A stretch of 40,006 nt of DNA, taken from the IMG/VR virus record IMGVR_UViG_3300007346_000006. The stretch is one strand, 5' to 3'. A program made the translations under genes and the position numbers. The notes under the pieces were generated by a model, which saw only the letters and a program-made list of their open reading frames with translations, was not told the DNA's origin and made no database searches. The DNA is from a virus. Numbering within the stretch: the stretch's first letter is position 1; the number at the start of each line of letters is the position of its first letter. Positions 18,370 through 26,207 of the stretch are shown piece by piece.

Positions 18370-20145
18370 TTAGCCCCCAAGTCCTGCTAAAATTGATGCT
18401 AAATCTGGTGCTTGTTGAGGGACTCCACCAGAAGGTAATCCAGGAGTGGCTGGGGACGGGGGAGCCTGTTCAACTGGGCCTTGTGTGCCTGGTGGAGTCA
18501 TCTCTGGCTGCATTGGTTGTTCAGGGGCCTCAGGAGGTGTAAACACGGCCAACGCAGCAGCCTCTATGCTGTCACCCTTTTGTCTGCGTTCAATAACATC
18601 AGCAATCTTTTGGATTAAGCTAGAAGGATCTTGACCTTGGCTAGCCATAGCAGGAATTGCTTGCGCAGTTGCTGTAATAGCAGCGCTTAGGTTATCACGC
18701 ATTTTTTCAACTTCAATACGTTGTTCTTCTTGTGATACGTTCAAACTCCAGTTAAGTTCTCTACGAACAAAGTCTTTAGATACAAGATCTGCACCTAAGG
18801 CTTGAAGAGAGAATATCAAGGCACGCGATGGGTCAAGACCAGCCATCAAGCCGTAGCGAACTTCAATTGTGTGATCGCCTTTAATGTCCTTGCTTGGCAT
18901 GTACTTTAACTCGTACGGAGTACCCTGCGATACGCCTCTGACACTTTTCTCTTCATTAAAGAGTTTTTCATCCATATCATAGCACATCCCAATAACTTCT
19001 TCGAATGTCTCAGCAAGGATGATTTGACCAGCCTTGATTTGAGAATCGAAAGCACCGAGAAGTGCCTGGACACCTTGACCAGTAATAATACTTGCGTCAA
19101 TGTTTCCAGTTCTACCTTCAGGATAGCGAGCACCAAGACGTAGTTCTGCTTGTAGTGCTGCTTGTTCCTGAAAAGCTCCTTGTGGTATATCTAATCTTAC
19201 TCTGCCAATACCTTGTGGGTTAGCGGTTCGGATTACTGCATCAGGACCCATTGGCATATCTAGAACATCGTTTGGCACAACTAATGGAGCTTGTACTGAT
19301 TTTTCAGCAGCTTCCATAGCTAAGTTTGCAAAACGAGCACGTGCTAGTTGAACATACAACACATCATCAAATTGTCCACGAGCTTCATCATCAATACCTG
19401 GACGGCGTGCAACCTTTACAGTCATGCTACCTGTAATATTATTCGCAGCATTTAATATAAGATTATTACGACTTGGTACGAAAAGAACAGTTATATCTTT
19501 ATCAGTGTAACGAATCATCTCTACAAGTGCGCTTGTATCTTGATTGAAACCAAGTCTACCCAGAAGATCCCCCGCATATTCTGGGTATTCATTGGCAAGT
19601 TCACCAATTGTTTTCATGTATCGTTTGGCATACGCCACACATCGGCCGAACCTGTCAAATTCTGGGTAAGCCCCCATTGGATCTTCGACGCGAATGCGTG
19701 GCAAATTTGTTTCAAAATCTGGCTCTACGTGGATTGGTAGGAAGCCATAAGAAAAATACCAGTCAGCACCCCAGTACATCTGAGATTGTAGGCGTGAGGT
19801 GTAAATGTAATTGTTAGCAATCATACTACGCTTATCAGCAAAAGCCTTAGCTCTGTCAGATGTAGTGTTGCTTGTACTGCAGTTAAATGATGGTAATGGT
19901 GCTAGAACCTCAGCTAAGTCACGAGCAGCAACATCAACAAAGTTTGCAACCATTGCACTTTGCATACCTTCAGGGAACATGTCTGGGAATACCTCAGTCA
20001 TTCTTCCCTTACGAACAGCAAGCAAGTCAGACATGCGCGCATCGCGGTTGCGATTACGCTCTTTCATGTTTTGCACTCGCCGTGCAATTGTTTCGATATC
20101 GAACGCCATCATTATCCTATTCGTACTGTGAGAATTCGTAATCAT
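18370..20145 (-). CDS. Portal protein (591 aa as drawn; the ATG pair at 20112/20109 is an alternative start that avoids overlap with TerL)
   Basis: Size and position immediately downstream of TerL. Pro/Gln-rich C-terminal tail. Confidence 0.7.
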   Translation of the reverse strand: MITNSHSTNRIMMAFDIETIARRVQNMKERNRNRDARMSDLLAVRKGRMTEVFPDMFPEGMQSAMVANFVDVAARDLAEVLAPLPSFNCSTSNTTSDRAKAFADKRSMIANNYIYTSRLQSQMYWGADWYFSYGFLPIHVEPDFETNLPRIRVEDPMGAYPEFDRFGRCVAYAKRYMKTIGELANEYPEYAGDLLGRLGFNQDTSALVEMIRYTDKDITVLFVPSRNNLILNAANNITGSMTVKVARRPGIDDEARGQFDDVLYVQLARARFANLAMEAAEKSVQAPLVVPNDVLDMPMGPDAVIRTANPQGIGRVRLDIPQGAFQEQAALQAELRLGARYPEGRTGNIDASIITGQGVQALLGAFDSQIKAGQIILAETFEEVIGMCYDMDEKLFNEEKSVRGVSQGTPYELKYMPSKDIKGDHTIEVRYGLMAGLDPSRALIFSLQALGADLVSKDFVRRELNWSLNVSQEEQRIEVEKMRDNLSAAITATAQAIPAMASQGQDPSSLIQKIADVIERRQKGDSIEAAALAVFTPPEAPEQPMQPEMTPPGTQGPVEQAPPSPATPGLPSGGVPQQAPDLASILAGLGG

Positions 20146-21988
20146 TAACGTTCATAACGTAACGATTTTCGAGCTGTCTTCGGGTAGCCCATCTATTATT
20201 GAGATGGCTCTGATTGATACGTGCATTAGAGATAATTTCTTTAGCGCGTAGTTCACAGAACCAGAGAGCCATAACGCAGTCTGTTGGACCACGTGTATCA
20301 GGTCTCCATGTGATGAGTTGCTGTATAAGGGCTTTGATACCCTCAGATCCATCTTGGCTAGGAAGCTCTATTAGGTTATCGTCTTGGTGTGTACCATTAC
20401 GTACGCTACCAAACAAGCCTGACATAGCAGCCACACCGAATGATGTGTCCCACTTATTCTTGCCTGTGAACTGGGATGAAAACTTCACACCATGTGAGGC
20501 AAGGTATTGCTGTAAATCTAAATCCAGAGAGTAAGCCTTCTGGTGGGCATTGATCTCAATACGTAATTCTTGAGGTTGATACTTCTCGACCCAGTTCTCT
20601 ATAAGTTCTTGTACCTTCTGAGGAGTAGGGTCTTTCATGTTCTCTACATCCAAGATGTAGCGATTACGTGTATTACGATCTACAGTAACTATTACTGCTG
20701 CAGTATTACCACTCATAGCAGGGTCTAAGCCCATGATGGTATACCAAGCGCCCATCTCCCGAGGGTGTCCTGCCGTTCCTGCTTTTAGCGGTCCGCGCTT
20801 TCGCATCCTATTGATAGAACCTTGGACGGCAGCAGGTGGGAAAATTGAATCCTCTTGTACGTCTTGCTGTTGGTAGACAAGAGCCCAAGCACTCGGGCTA
20901 ACTTCAGAGCGTCTCCTGAACAGAGCGGGGCCATCCCATTTGGGGTAGAGACCGTCCTCATCAGGTAGTACGCCTTCATCAGAACCCTCCCAGGGTATAT
21001 GGCTTTTAGGCCACAAGGTGACCCACTGTTTTGGATCTTCATAAAACTCTAGAACTGCAGGCATCGAGAAATACGTAAAAGGTGTCTTGCCGCCAACCCA
21101 ATGCTCAGGGCTACGAATCTCTCGATAAAGATCATTTGCCGCTATGCGGGTTCCTACAATAAGGAGTTTACCATTATCACCAAGACGGGTAACTACATCT
21201 CGTTGGAGCCAGAGGAGTTGTTTCTCCCACTCATGCGCGTTTGAAGTCGTAACAACGTCGTCCAAGATGATGAGGTTGGAACGGGCTCCAGTAATCTGGC
21301 CACCAATACCGAGCGCTTGTACCGTCGGATCCTTTTCGGTAGAATCACGAGAGAGGTAAATGCGATCAGCCTTCCAAGTATCCGCATCCTCTTTCCACCC
21401 CCCAGTAGAACCATATACGGCTTGAAGCTTAGACCAGCGCTCATGACTTAGGCGCTGCTTGATGGAGTAGAGATACTCCTTAGCGCGCTCTTGAGTCTTA
21501 GAGACGATAGTAATCTTGATATTCGGATCCATAGCAATCCGATAGACACAGTAGTTGACCGTGATGACGGTAGACTTGGCATGCTCAGGAGGTACGTTAA
21601 TCAGCAGGCGTTTAGAACTTGCTGGTTCATAAGTCATGGCTGGGTGTGTCCAGGAAGGGGTACGTCCCTCAAGGACGTCAATCCAGGATCTATGATGCTC
21701 GAAGATGGGGGAGTCTAAGAACTCTTTCGAGAACTCCTCAAAGCCAATCTTAAACTTAGCATCACCTGAGACGATACTCAGGGTTTTCTCACCTTCAGAC
21801 TTGGCAGCCTCAAGGTTTTTCATAAAGGTGGCATCCTTACGCCAGTCTTTCATGACGTCAGGTTTGCGGTCAGCCTTGGCTATAGCGTCCTGTAAGGACA
21901 GTCCTTGGCGAACAAAATCTAATACTTTGGCCTTAGCCTCTTTCAGCTTAGCCACATTGTGGTGTTCACTACCACCCTTGGCAGCCAT
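20117..21988 (-). CDS. terL: Terminase large subunit with an N-terminal TerS-like HTH extension (623 aa)
   Basis: ATPase region: INVPPEHAKSTV (P-loop-like), LIILDDV (Walker B). Nuclease-like C-terminal half. The N-terminal ~100 aa (VLDFVRQGLSLQDAIAKADRKPDVMKDWRKDATFMKNLEAAK) resembles small-terminase HTH domains. GGAGG lies 6 nt upstream of the ATG. Confidence 0.85.
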   Translation of the reverse strand: MAAKGGSEHHNVAKLKEAKAKVLDFVRQGLSLQDAIAKADRKPDVMKDWRKDATFMKNLEAAKSEGEKTLSIVSGDAKFKIGFEEFSKEFLDSPIFEHHRSWIDVLEGRTPSWTHPAMTYEPASSKRLLINVPPEHAKSTVITVNYCVYRIAMDPNIKITIVSKTQERAKEYLYSIKQRLSHERWSKLQAVYGSTGGWKEDADTWKADRIYLSRDSTEKDPTVQALGIGGQITGARSNLIILDDVVTTSNAHEWEKQLLWLQRDVVTRLGDNGKLLIVGTRIAANDLYREIRSPEHWVGGKTPFTYFSMPAVLEFYEDPKQWVTLWPKSHIPWEGSDEGVLPDEDGLYPKWDGPALFRRRSEVSPSAWALVYQQQDVQEDSIFPPAAVQGSINRMRKRGPLKAGTAGHPREMGAWYTIMGLDPAMSGNTAAVIVTVDRNTRNRYILDVENMKDPTPQKVQELIENWVEKYQPQELRIEINAHQKAYSLDLDLQQYLASHGVKFSSQFTGKNKWDTSFGVAAMSGLFGSVRNGTHQDDNLIELPSQDGSEGIKALIQQLITWRPDTRGPTDCVMALWFCELRAKEIISNARINQSHLNNRWATRRQLENRYVMNVNDYEFSQYE

Positions 21989-22019
21989 ATAAAACCTCCA
22001 ATATATCCCCCCTTCGTTC

Positions 22020-22109
22020 GGCGCTCCCTAAGAGCGCCTCACTACCCCCCTGCGAGGCGGCAATAAAGCCGCCGAGCTGGTAACTCGCTAGGGACTTCCG
22101 CTCGTTACC
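22020..22109 (-). promoter_or_regulatory. Three consecutive stem-loops in the terL leader
   Basis: ggcgctc-cctaa-gagcgcc (22020-22038); ggcggc-aataaa-gccgcc (22056-22073); ggtaac...gttacc (22079-22109). Confidence 0.4.
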
Positions 22110-22286
22110 CCTATATATATACTAACCCGTTCAAATAGCAAAACCGAACGATACGACTTTTCATAGTATATCAAATACCGCTCTGACCAGCACTTTTGTA
22201 ATACTGGGAAAATATTTAGAGGCGATAGTATAATACTTAGCGCGCAGCGCTATAAGAACTGGGGTCGCGCTAGCGACCACCATTTG

Positions 22287-22333
22287 GGGGTCTGGGGGCG
22301 TGCCCCCAGCGGGGTCTGGGGCGGAGCCCCAGC
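22287..22333. repeat. Tandem 24/23-bp G/C-rich units, each containing its own hairpin
   Basis: ggggtctgggggcgtgcccccagc then ggggtctggggcggagccccagc. Flanked by hairpin ggtcgc-gcta-gcgacc (22263-22278) and palindrome gcacgcgtgc (22339-22348). Confidence 0.8.
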
Positions 22334-22356
22334 GCGTGGCACGCGTGCGAGCGCAT

Positions 22357-22391
22357 AAAAAAACCCCCACGCGGGGTTTACCGCGTAGGGG
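22357..22391 (-). terminator. Rho-independent terminator for the 22411..22833 gene
   Basis: The minus strand reads cccctacgcgg-taaacc-ccgcgtggggg followed by TTTTTTT. Confidence 0.8.
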
Positions 22392-22410
22392 TTCGGTTTG
22401 TGTTGGGGGA

Positions 22411-22833
22411 CTATCCGCGTGAAAGGATTTCGGAGAGCAGTTTCGCCACGCTGTCAAGGTCGAGCGTTTGTGGCTTGGCTTTTGCTTCCGCCTTCTTTGG
22501 CTTCGCTGGGGTCTGCGCGTTCTTTATCGCTTGCGCTTCCTCTTGGCTATCTGCCCACACTTCGCGTGTTTTCTTGGGCTTGTCCGTTCCCTTCTTGGCG
22601 ATAGCGGTTGAGAACGCGAACGCGCTCACAAGTGCCTTGAGCGCGCCATAATCGCTTGAGTCTTCGTCTGCGCGCTCAGATAGCGCGTTTAGGCTTTGCC
22701 CTACGCTCGCGAGAAGTTGCGCTGGCGTTCCGTTTTTTTCTAGTGCGCTTGCAATTCGGTTTGTCGCGCTCTTTGCGCTTTCCGCGCTAAGTGCGAACGG
22801 GGCGAGCATTTCGGAGATTTGGTTCTTTTCCAT
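22411..22833 (-). CDS. Hypothetical Ala/Lys-rich protein (140 aa) with GC-rich codon usage
   Basis: ORF with cacacgaaagg 7 nt upstream of the ATG and its own terminator. Confidence 0.7.
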   Translation of the reverse strand: MEKNQISEMLAPFALSAESAKSATNRIASALEKNGTPAQLLASVGQSLNALSERADEDSSDYGALKALVSAFAFSTAIAKKGTDKPKKTREVWADSQEEAQAIKNAQTPAKPKKAEAKAKPQTLDLDSVAKLLSEILSRG

Positions 22834-22884
22834 TTTCGTGCCTTTCGTGTGGTTTGTGTTGGTTCGGTTGAGCCAACAGGGAGA

Positions 22885-22912
22885 ACTTTACTCTCTTTTG
22901 AGAATAAAGCAA
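22885..22912 (-). promoter_or_regulatory. Candidate sigma-70-like promoter for 22411..22833
   Basis: The minus strand reads TTGCTT-16 nt-TAAAGT. Confidence 0.3.
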
Positions 22913-23114
22913 CAACCCTAGAAATTAGCCTTCTGACCTGCGGTTTTCTCTCTCTCTTGATCCATTTTTTAACTTCTTTTCTTTGCTCTCTTTTAGGTGT
23001 TTTGGGTTTTTCGTTTTGTAGGTGGGTGAGTGGGTGCGTATGTGGGTGCGTGCGTATTGATCATTGAAAGTCGCCACGCGGATCCACGAGCGCACCAGCG
23101 CACGGGCAATTCAT

Positions 23115-23200
23115 ACACACACGCGGTATATTGCTTGCCGTCATACGAACGCACTTGTTTACACACACGCGGTACATACATTGTCGTCATACGCACGTGC
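23115..23200. repeat. Two imperfect direct repeats with 46-bp periodicity in the divergent intergenic region
   Basis: acacacacgcggta...gtcatacg(a/c)acg starts at 23115 and again at 23161. Confidence 0.75.
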
Positions 23201-23250
23201 GCACAGTTTTTCTTCACGGGCGCAAGGTAATCGGAACTCAGAGAGGGTTC

Positions 23251-23278
23251 TTGACTTCTGAAACCAAAGTGCTAGGCT
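23251..23278 (+). promoter_or_regulatory. Candidate sigma-70/SigA-type promoter of the plus-strand operon
   Basis: TTGACT-16 nt-TAGGCT (TANNNT), about 90 nt upstream of the first plus-strand ATG. Confidence 0.45.
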
Positions 23279-23285
23279 GTTCTCA

Positions 23286-23350
23286 GAAGGAAAATCCTTC
23301 ACCCGACAGGTTCGTAGGGTTTAATTCCATTTCCCTTCAAGCCTGTCGGG
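23286..23350 (+). promoter_or_regulatory. Structured 5' leader (two hairpins) abutting the first RBS of the operon
   Basis: gaagg-aaaat-ccttc (23286-23300). cccgacagg...cctgtcggg is a 9-bp perfect stem (23302-23310 / 23342-23350) with an inner aggg/ccct helix. Confidence 0.4.
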
Positions 23351-23369
23351 ATCACACGAAAGGAACATC

Positions 23370-23558
23370 ATGTATCTATCCGACCTCGACATTGTTGCTA
23401 TTTCCATAGCACTCGTGTCGTTAATGGCTCTCGTAATCACGAGTGCCGTTGCTAACGCAAGACTCACACGCCAGCGTGACGAGTGGCGTCGTGAAGCATT
23501 GAACCTTCAGCGAGTAATGGACTCGTTGTCGCCCATCACACGAAAGGAAAACGCATGA
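23370..23558 (+). CDS. Small single-pass membrane protein (62 aa)
   Basis: Hydrophobic IVAISIALVSLMALVITSAVA followed by a basic tail. ATGA overlap with the next gene. Confidence 0.7.
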   Translation: MYLSDLDIVAISIALVSLMALVITSAVANARLTRQRDEWRREALNLQRVMDSLSPITRKENA

Positions 23559-25129
23559 CCAACTCATATCCACCCGACCTACCCCCCGAAATACACTTCT
23601 CGTGGGGTGTCACAGGTGTCGGCGCATGTGCCAGATGCCGAGATATTCGCACGCTCATAGTTCACTCTGCTCTTCACACGGCAGATGAGTGTGAGCCATT
23701 ATGCTTAGAGTGCCTTCACTCGGCACTTACAACTTTCTGTTCAGACGCTCGCTCAAAGATGTGGGAGTTTGAACAAAACGGAGCGCGCATTGAAGATACT
23801 CCTGAGTATCAAGTGGCAAAGGCTACTTACGACACCTATTACGAGGTAATAGATGTGTTGATGAATAATCGCGCTCGTATCCAGCACACACGAGAGGAAG
23901 TCCTAGCACACGAACAAGGTTGTAAAGCCTGTGCGTGCTTCGGCTCTAACCTTGTTTTCGCTATATCGTATTATGACCACAGCATTACAGGTAGGGTTCA
24001 CGAGAACTGTGCTAGTCGTTGCTCTTGTTGTGATAAGAACTACTATCGTCCATTTTCGCGTGGAGTTGGCGGTTATTTCGAACTAAATCGCGTAATGAGG
24101 GAACGAGGCGCTCTTTCACGAATATGCCAAGAGTGTTTTGATGAACTTCGCATAGAGGACTCACACATGCTGTGTGACTGTGGCAATTGGGATACAGAGG
24201 AACGCATGTTTGAAGCGTGGGATAATCTCTACTGCCGAGGGTGTTCTTCCAATATAGATGACTGCGACTATTGCGGTGAACTACGCTGGACAGATGGCGA
24301 CCATACATGCGACGAAGAAAGTCGAGTTATCAAGAGTTATGACTTCGTGCCTAGCGGTGGCTTCGTGTTTCATGGTGATAGCCCACTTAATCACTATCTA
24401 GGGTTCGAACTCGAGGTCGAACTACCGAGCGGTGATAGCCTCAAGCCTATCGCTTCACAGACAAATGACTTAATCGGTGAGCGTGGTTTTCTCAAGTATG
24501 ACGGCTCGCTTGATAACGGCTTCGAGTTAGTCACCATGCCACACACACTTGAGGAATACATGAGCAAGTTCCCGTTCACGGCACTTGACGAACTCCGCGA
24601 GAGCGGTTTTCGCTCATGGGATACCGATACATGTGGCTTCCATATCCATGTATCACGAGCCACATTCGGTATGCGCTTGAAGGATACAAAACCTACACAG
24701 GGTCGCAAAGACGCACACATGCTCCGCTTTACGAAACTCATCTACGATAATCGTAGGCAAGTTAAGCGTATCGCAGGTAGAAGTTCCGATAGGTGGGCTT
24801 CGTTTGATGATGTAGGTCGTTTGACCGATAAAATCAAGACAGGTCATCAGGTAAATGGCAGATACTCCGCAGTAAATATCTCATCTAAGCGCACACTCGA
24901 GATCCGTGTGTTCAAGGGTTCTCTCAATGTGAGCCGAGTGAAGGCATACCTTCAGTTCGTTCACAGCACAGTCGAGTATACACGGGAGCTTCATGTAAGC
25001 CCTAATGATAACAACCTGATGTGGCGTAGATACACGGGTTGGCTTCACAAGAACGAACAGCAGTATCCCGAGTTGGTATCCCTACTCGGCAACCTACCCG
25101 AAAGACGCTCTGATGAAGGGGGCAACTAG
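23555..25129 (+). CDS. Amidoligase (carboxylate-amine ligase, phage 'Amidoligase_2'-type) with a ~260-aa Cys-rich N-terminal extension
   Basis: C-terminal half: SYDFVPSGGFVFHG...HYLGFELEVE...LKYDGSLDNGFELVTMPH...DTCGFHIHVSR. N-terminal half carries many CxxC/CxC pairs (CARCRD, CLECLH, CKACAC, CSCCD, CQECF, CDCG, CRGC, CDYCG). Confidence 0.75.
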   Translation: MTNSYPPDLPPEIHFSWGVTGVGACARCRDIRTLIVHSALHTADECEPLCLECLHSALTTFCSDARSKMWEFEQNGARIEDTPEYQVAKATYDTYYEVIDVLMNNRARIQHTREEVLAHEQGCKACACFGSNLVFAISYYDHSITGRVHENCASRCSCCDKNYYRPFSRGVGGYFELNRVMRERGALSRICQECFDELRIEDSHMLCDCGNWDTEERMFEAWDNLYCRGCSSNIDDCDYCGELRWTDGDHTCDEESRVIKSYDFVPSGGFVFHGDSPLNHYLGFELEVELPSGDSLKPIASQTNDLIGERGFLKYDGSLDNGFELVTMPHTLEEYMSKFPFTALDELRESGFRSWDTDTCGFHIHVSRATFGMRLKDTKPTQGRKDAHMLRFTKLIYDNRRQVKRIAGRSSDRWASFDDVGRLTDKIKTGHQVNGRYSAVNISSKRTLEIRVFKGSLNVSRVKAYLQFVHSTVEYTRELHVSPNDNNLMWRRYTGWLHKNEQQYPELVSLLGNLPERRSDEGGN

Positions 25130-25131
25130 TT

Positions 25132-26007
25132 ATGTGTATGTTATGTGTAATACCACCGAACACTATCCCATCACGGGATAAGTTAGAAAACTCTGCGCTC
25201 AACAACCCACATGGGTTCGGTTTCGCTATCGTTGTGCCTGAGGAAAATCGTATCATCTGCGAGCGTAGTATGAGCGCAGACGAAAGCATTAACCGCTTCC
25301 TTGAGTTGCGTGGTAAGTATCAGACGGGCTATGCCATGTGGCACGCTCGTATTGCTACGAGTGGCAAGATAGATATATCTAACTGCCACCCGTTCCTGCT
25401 ACCTGATAGCGAGCACCCAAACACTACCTATGTAGGACACAATGGTATGCTTGATGTCTACGAAGCCAAAGACGAAGTGCGTAGTGACACACGCATATTC
25501 GTAGAGGACTTAATTCCTGCTCTTGGTGGCGTGACCGCGCTCGATAACATTCAAATATTCACCATGCTTGACGAGTTCACACGCGGATCAAAGGTGTGTA
25601 TTCTTACAGTTCACCCAAAGGCTGAGTATCAGATGTATCTATTCCACGAGGAAGCAGGTCACACAGACGAGGACAAAGTGTGGTGGTCGAATAAGTCGTG
25701 CGAACTAGATACCAAAAGTCTTTACAACGGCTACTACGACTATGGCTACGCAGGAGCTTTCGTTAAAGACGGCAAGGAAGGCGTGGAAGCGTATTACAAC
25801 TGGTATGTATGCCAAACATGTAAGCACGAGTTCGACTGGGAAACCGAGTGTCCTGATGACTACTGCCCCAAGTGCCGAACCTGCCTTATGTGTGAGTCAA
25901 GCGAGGCGGTGTGCTTCTGCTATCGCCCTGAGAGCAAAAAGAAAACAGACTATGACCGACCTCATAGGTCATACTACGCACCTGAAGGGGGGTGGGCTAT
26001 ATCATGA
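25132..26007 (+). CDS. Class-II (Ntn, N-terminal Cys) glutamine amidotransferase-like protein with a C-terminal zinc ribbon
   Basis: MC at the N-terminus, HARIATSGKIDISNCHPF, VGHNGML (YafJ-type pattern). C-terminus: CQTCKHEF...CPDDYCPKCRTCLMCESSEAVCFC. Confidence 0.75.
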   Translation: MCMLCVIPPNTIPSRDKLENSALNNPHGFGFAIVVPEENRIICERSMSADESINRFLELRGKYQTGYAMWHARIATSGKIDISNCHPFLLPDSEHPNTTYVGHNGMLDVYEAKDEVRSDTRIFVEDLIPALGGVTALDNIQIFTMLDEFTRGSKVCILTVHPKAEYQMYLFHEEAGHTDEDKVWWSNKSCELDTKSLYNGYYDYGYAGAFVKDGKEGVEAYYNWYVCQTCKHEFDWETECPDDYCPKCRTCLMCESSEAVCFCYRPESKKKTDYDRPHRSYYAPEGGWAIS

Positions 26008-26207
26008 TAACCGAGAGCAAACTCATAACCGCGCTTATCAACGCTGGTTTAACTTATTCACCTGAAGCGGGTGACCCGTATCCAATGCGCCGAGTTCCGT
26101 GTGCTGATGTGGTGAAAGTTGTTTCACACTTTCTCATGGAAGCAGGTGTAGAGGTCAAGCAAGACCTTGAGCCAAAACACAGCGAGAAAGCGAAGTGGTC
26201 ACTATGA
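26004..26207 (+). CDS. Hypothetical protein (67 aa from the ATGA-coupled start; the track's longest ORF starts at 25992)
   Basis: The ATG at 26004 overlaps the upstream TGA. Confidence 0.6.
   Translation: MITESKLITALINAGLTYSPEAGDPYPMRRVPCADVVKVVSHFLMEAGVEVKQDLEPKHSEKAKWSL

Noticed and set aside
1340-19740. Many plus-strand ORFs of 60-170 aa in the track that lie antisense to the long minus-strand genes (e.g. 1340..1639, 2918..3418, 7350..8005, 10065..10679, 15352..15657, 16530..17058, 19540..20148)
   Set aside because: Each is fully embedded opposite a much longer, motif-bearing or operon-coupled minus-strand gene. They lack RBSs and have the biased low-complexity composition typical of shadow frames.
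22161-22651. ORFs 22161..22457 (-), 22398..22604 (+) and 22400..22651 (+)
   Set aside because: The first runs through the terminator and the G/C hairpin array and is Arg/Pro/Gly-rich. The other two are antisense to 22411..22833. This looks like a GC-rich open-frame artefact.
23019-23056. G-quadruplex in the GT-rich block
   Set aside because: There are only three GGG tracts plus GG runs with irregular loops; a stable G4 is not supported by inspection alone.
23115-23200. Possible CRISPR-like or iteron array
   Set aside because: There are only two imperfect copies, with no regular repeat-spacer architecture and no cas genes. Kept only as a direct-repeat observation.
22819-23409. Five overlapping 65-92-aa ORFs on both strands in the divergent intergenic region
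   Set aside because: Their translations are dominated by the GT/CA repeats (Cys/Val/Gly or His/Thr/Arg runs). They have no RBS and are mutually exclusive. The region is better explained as a regulatory/repeat region.
24398-24425. tRNA-like string gggttcgaactcgaggtcgaac
   Set aside because: It lies inside the amidoligase coding frame (GFELEVE). No acceptor, D or anticodon arms can be drawn around it.
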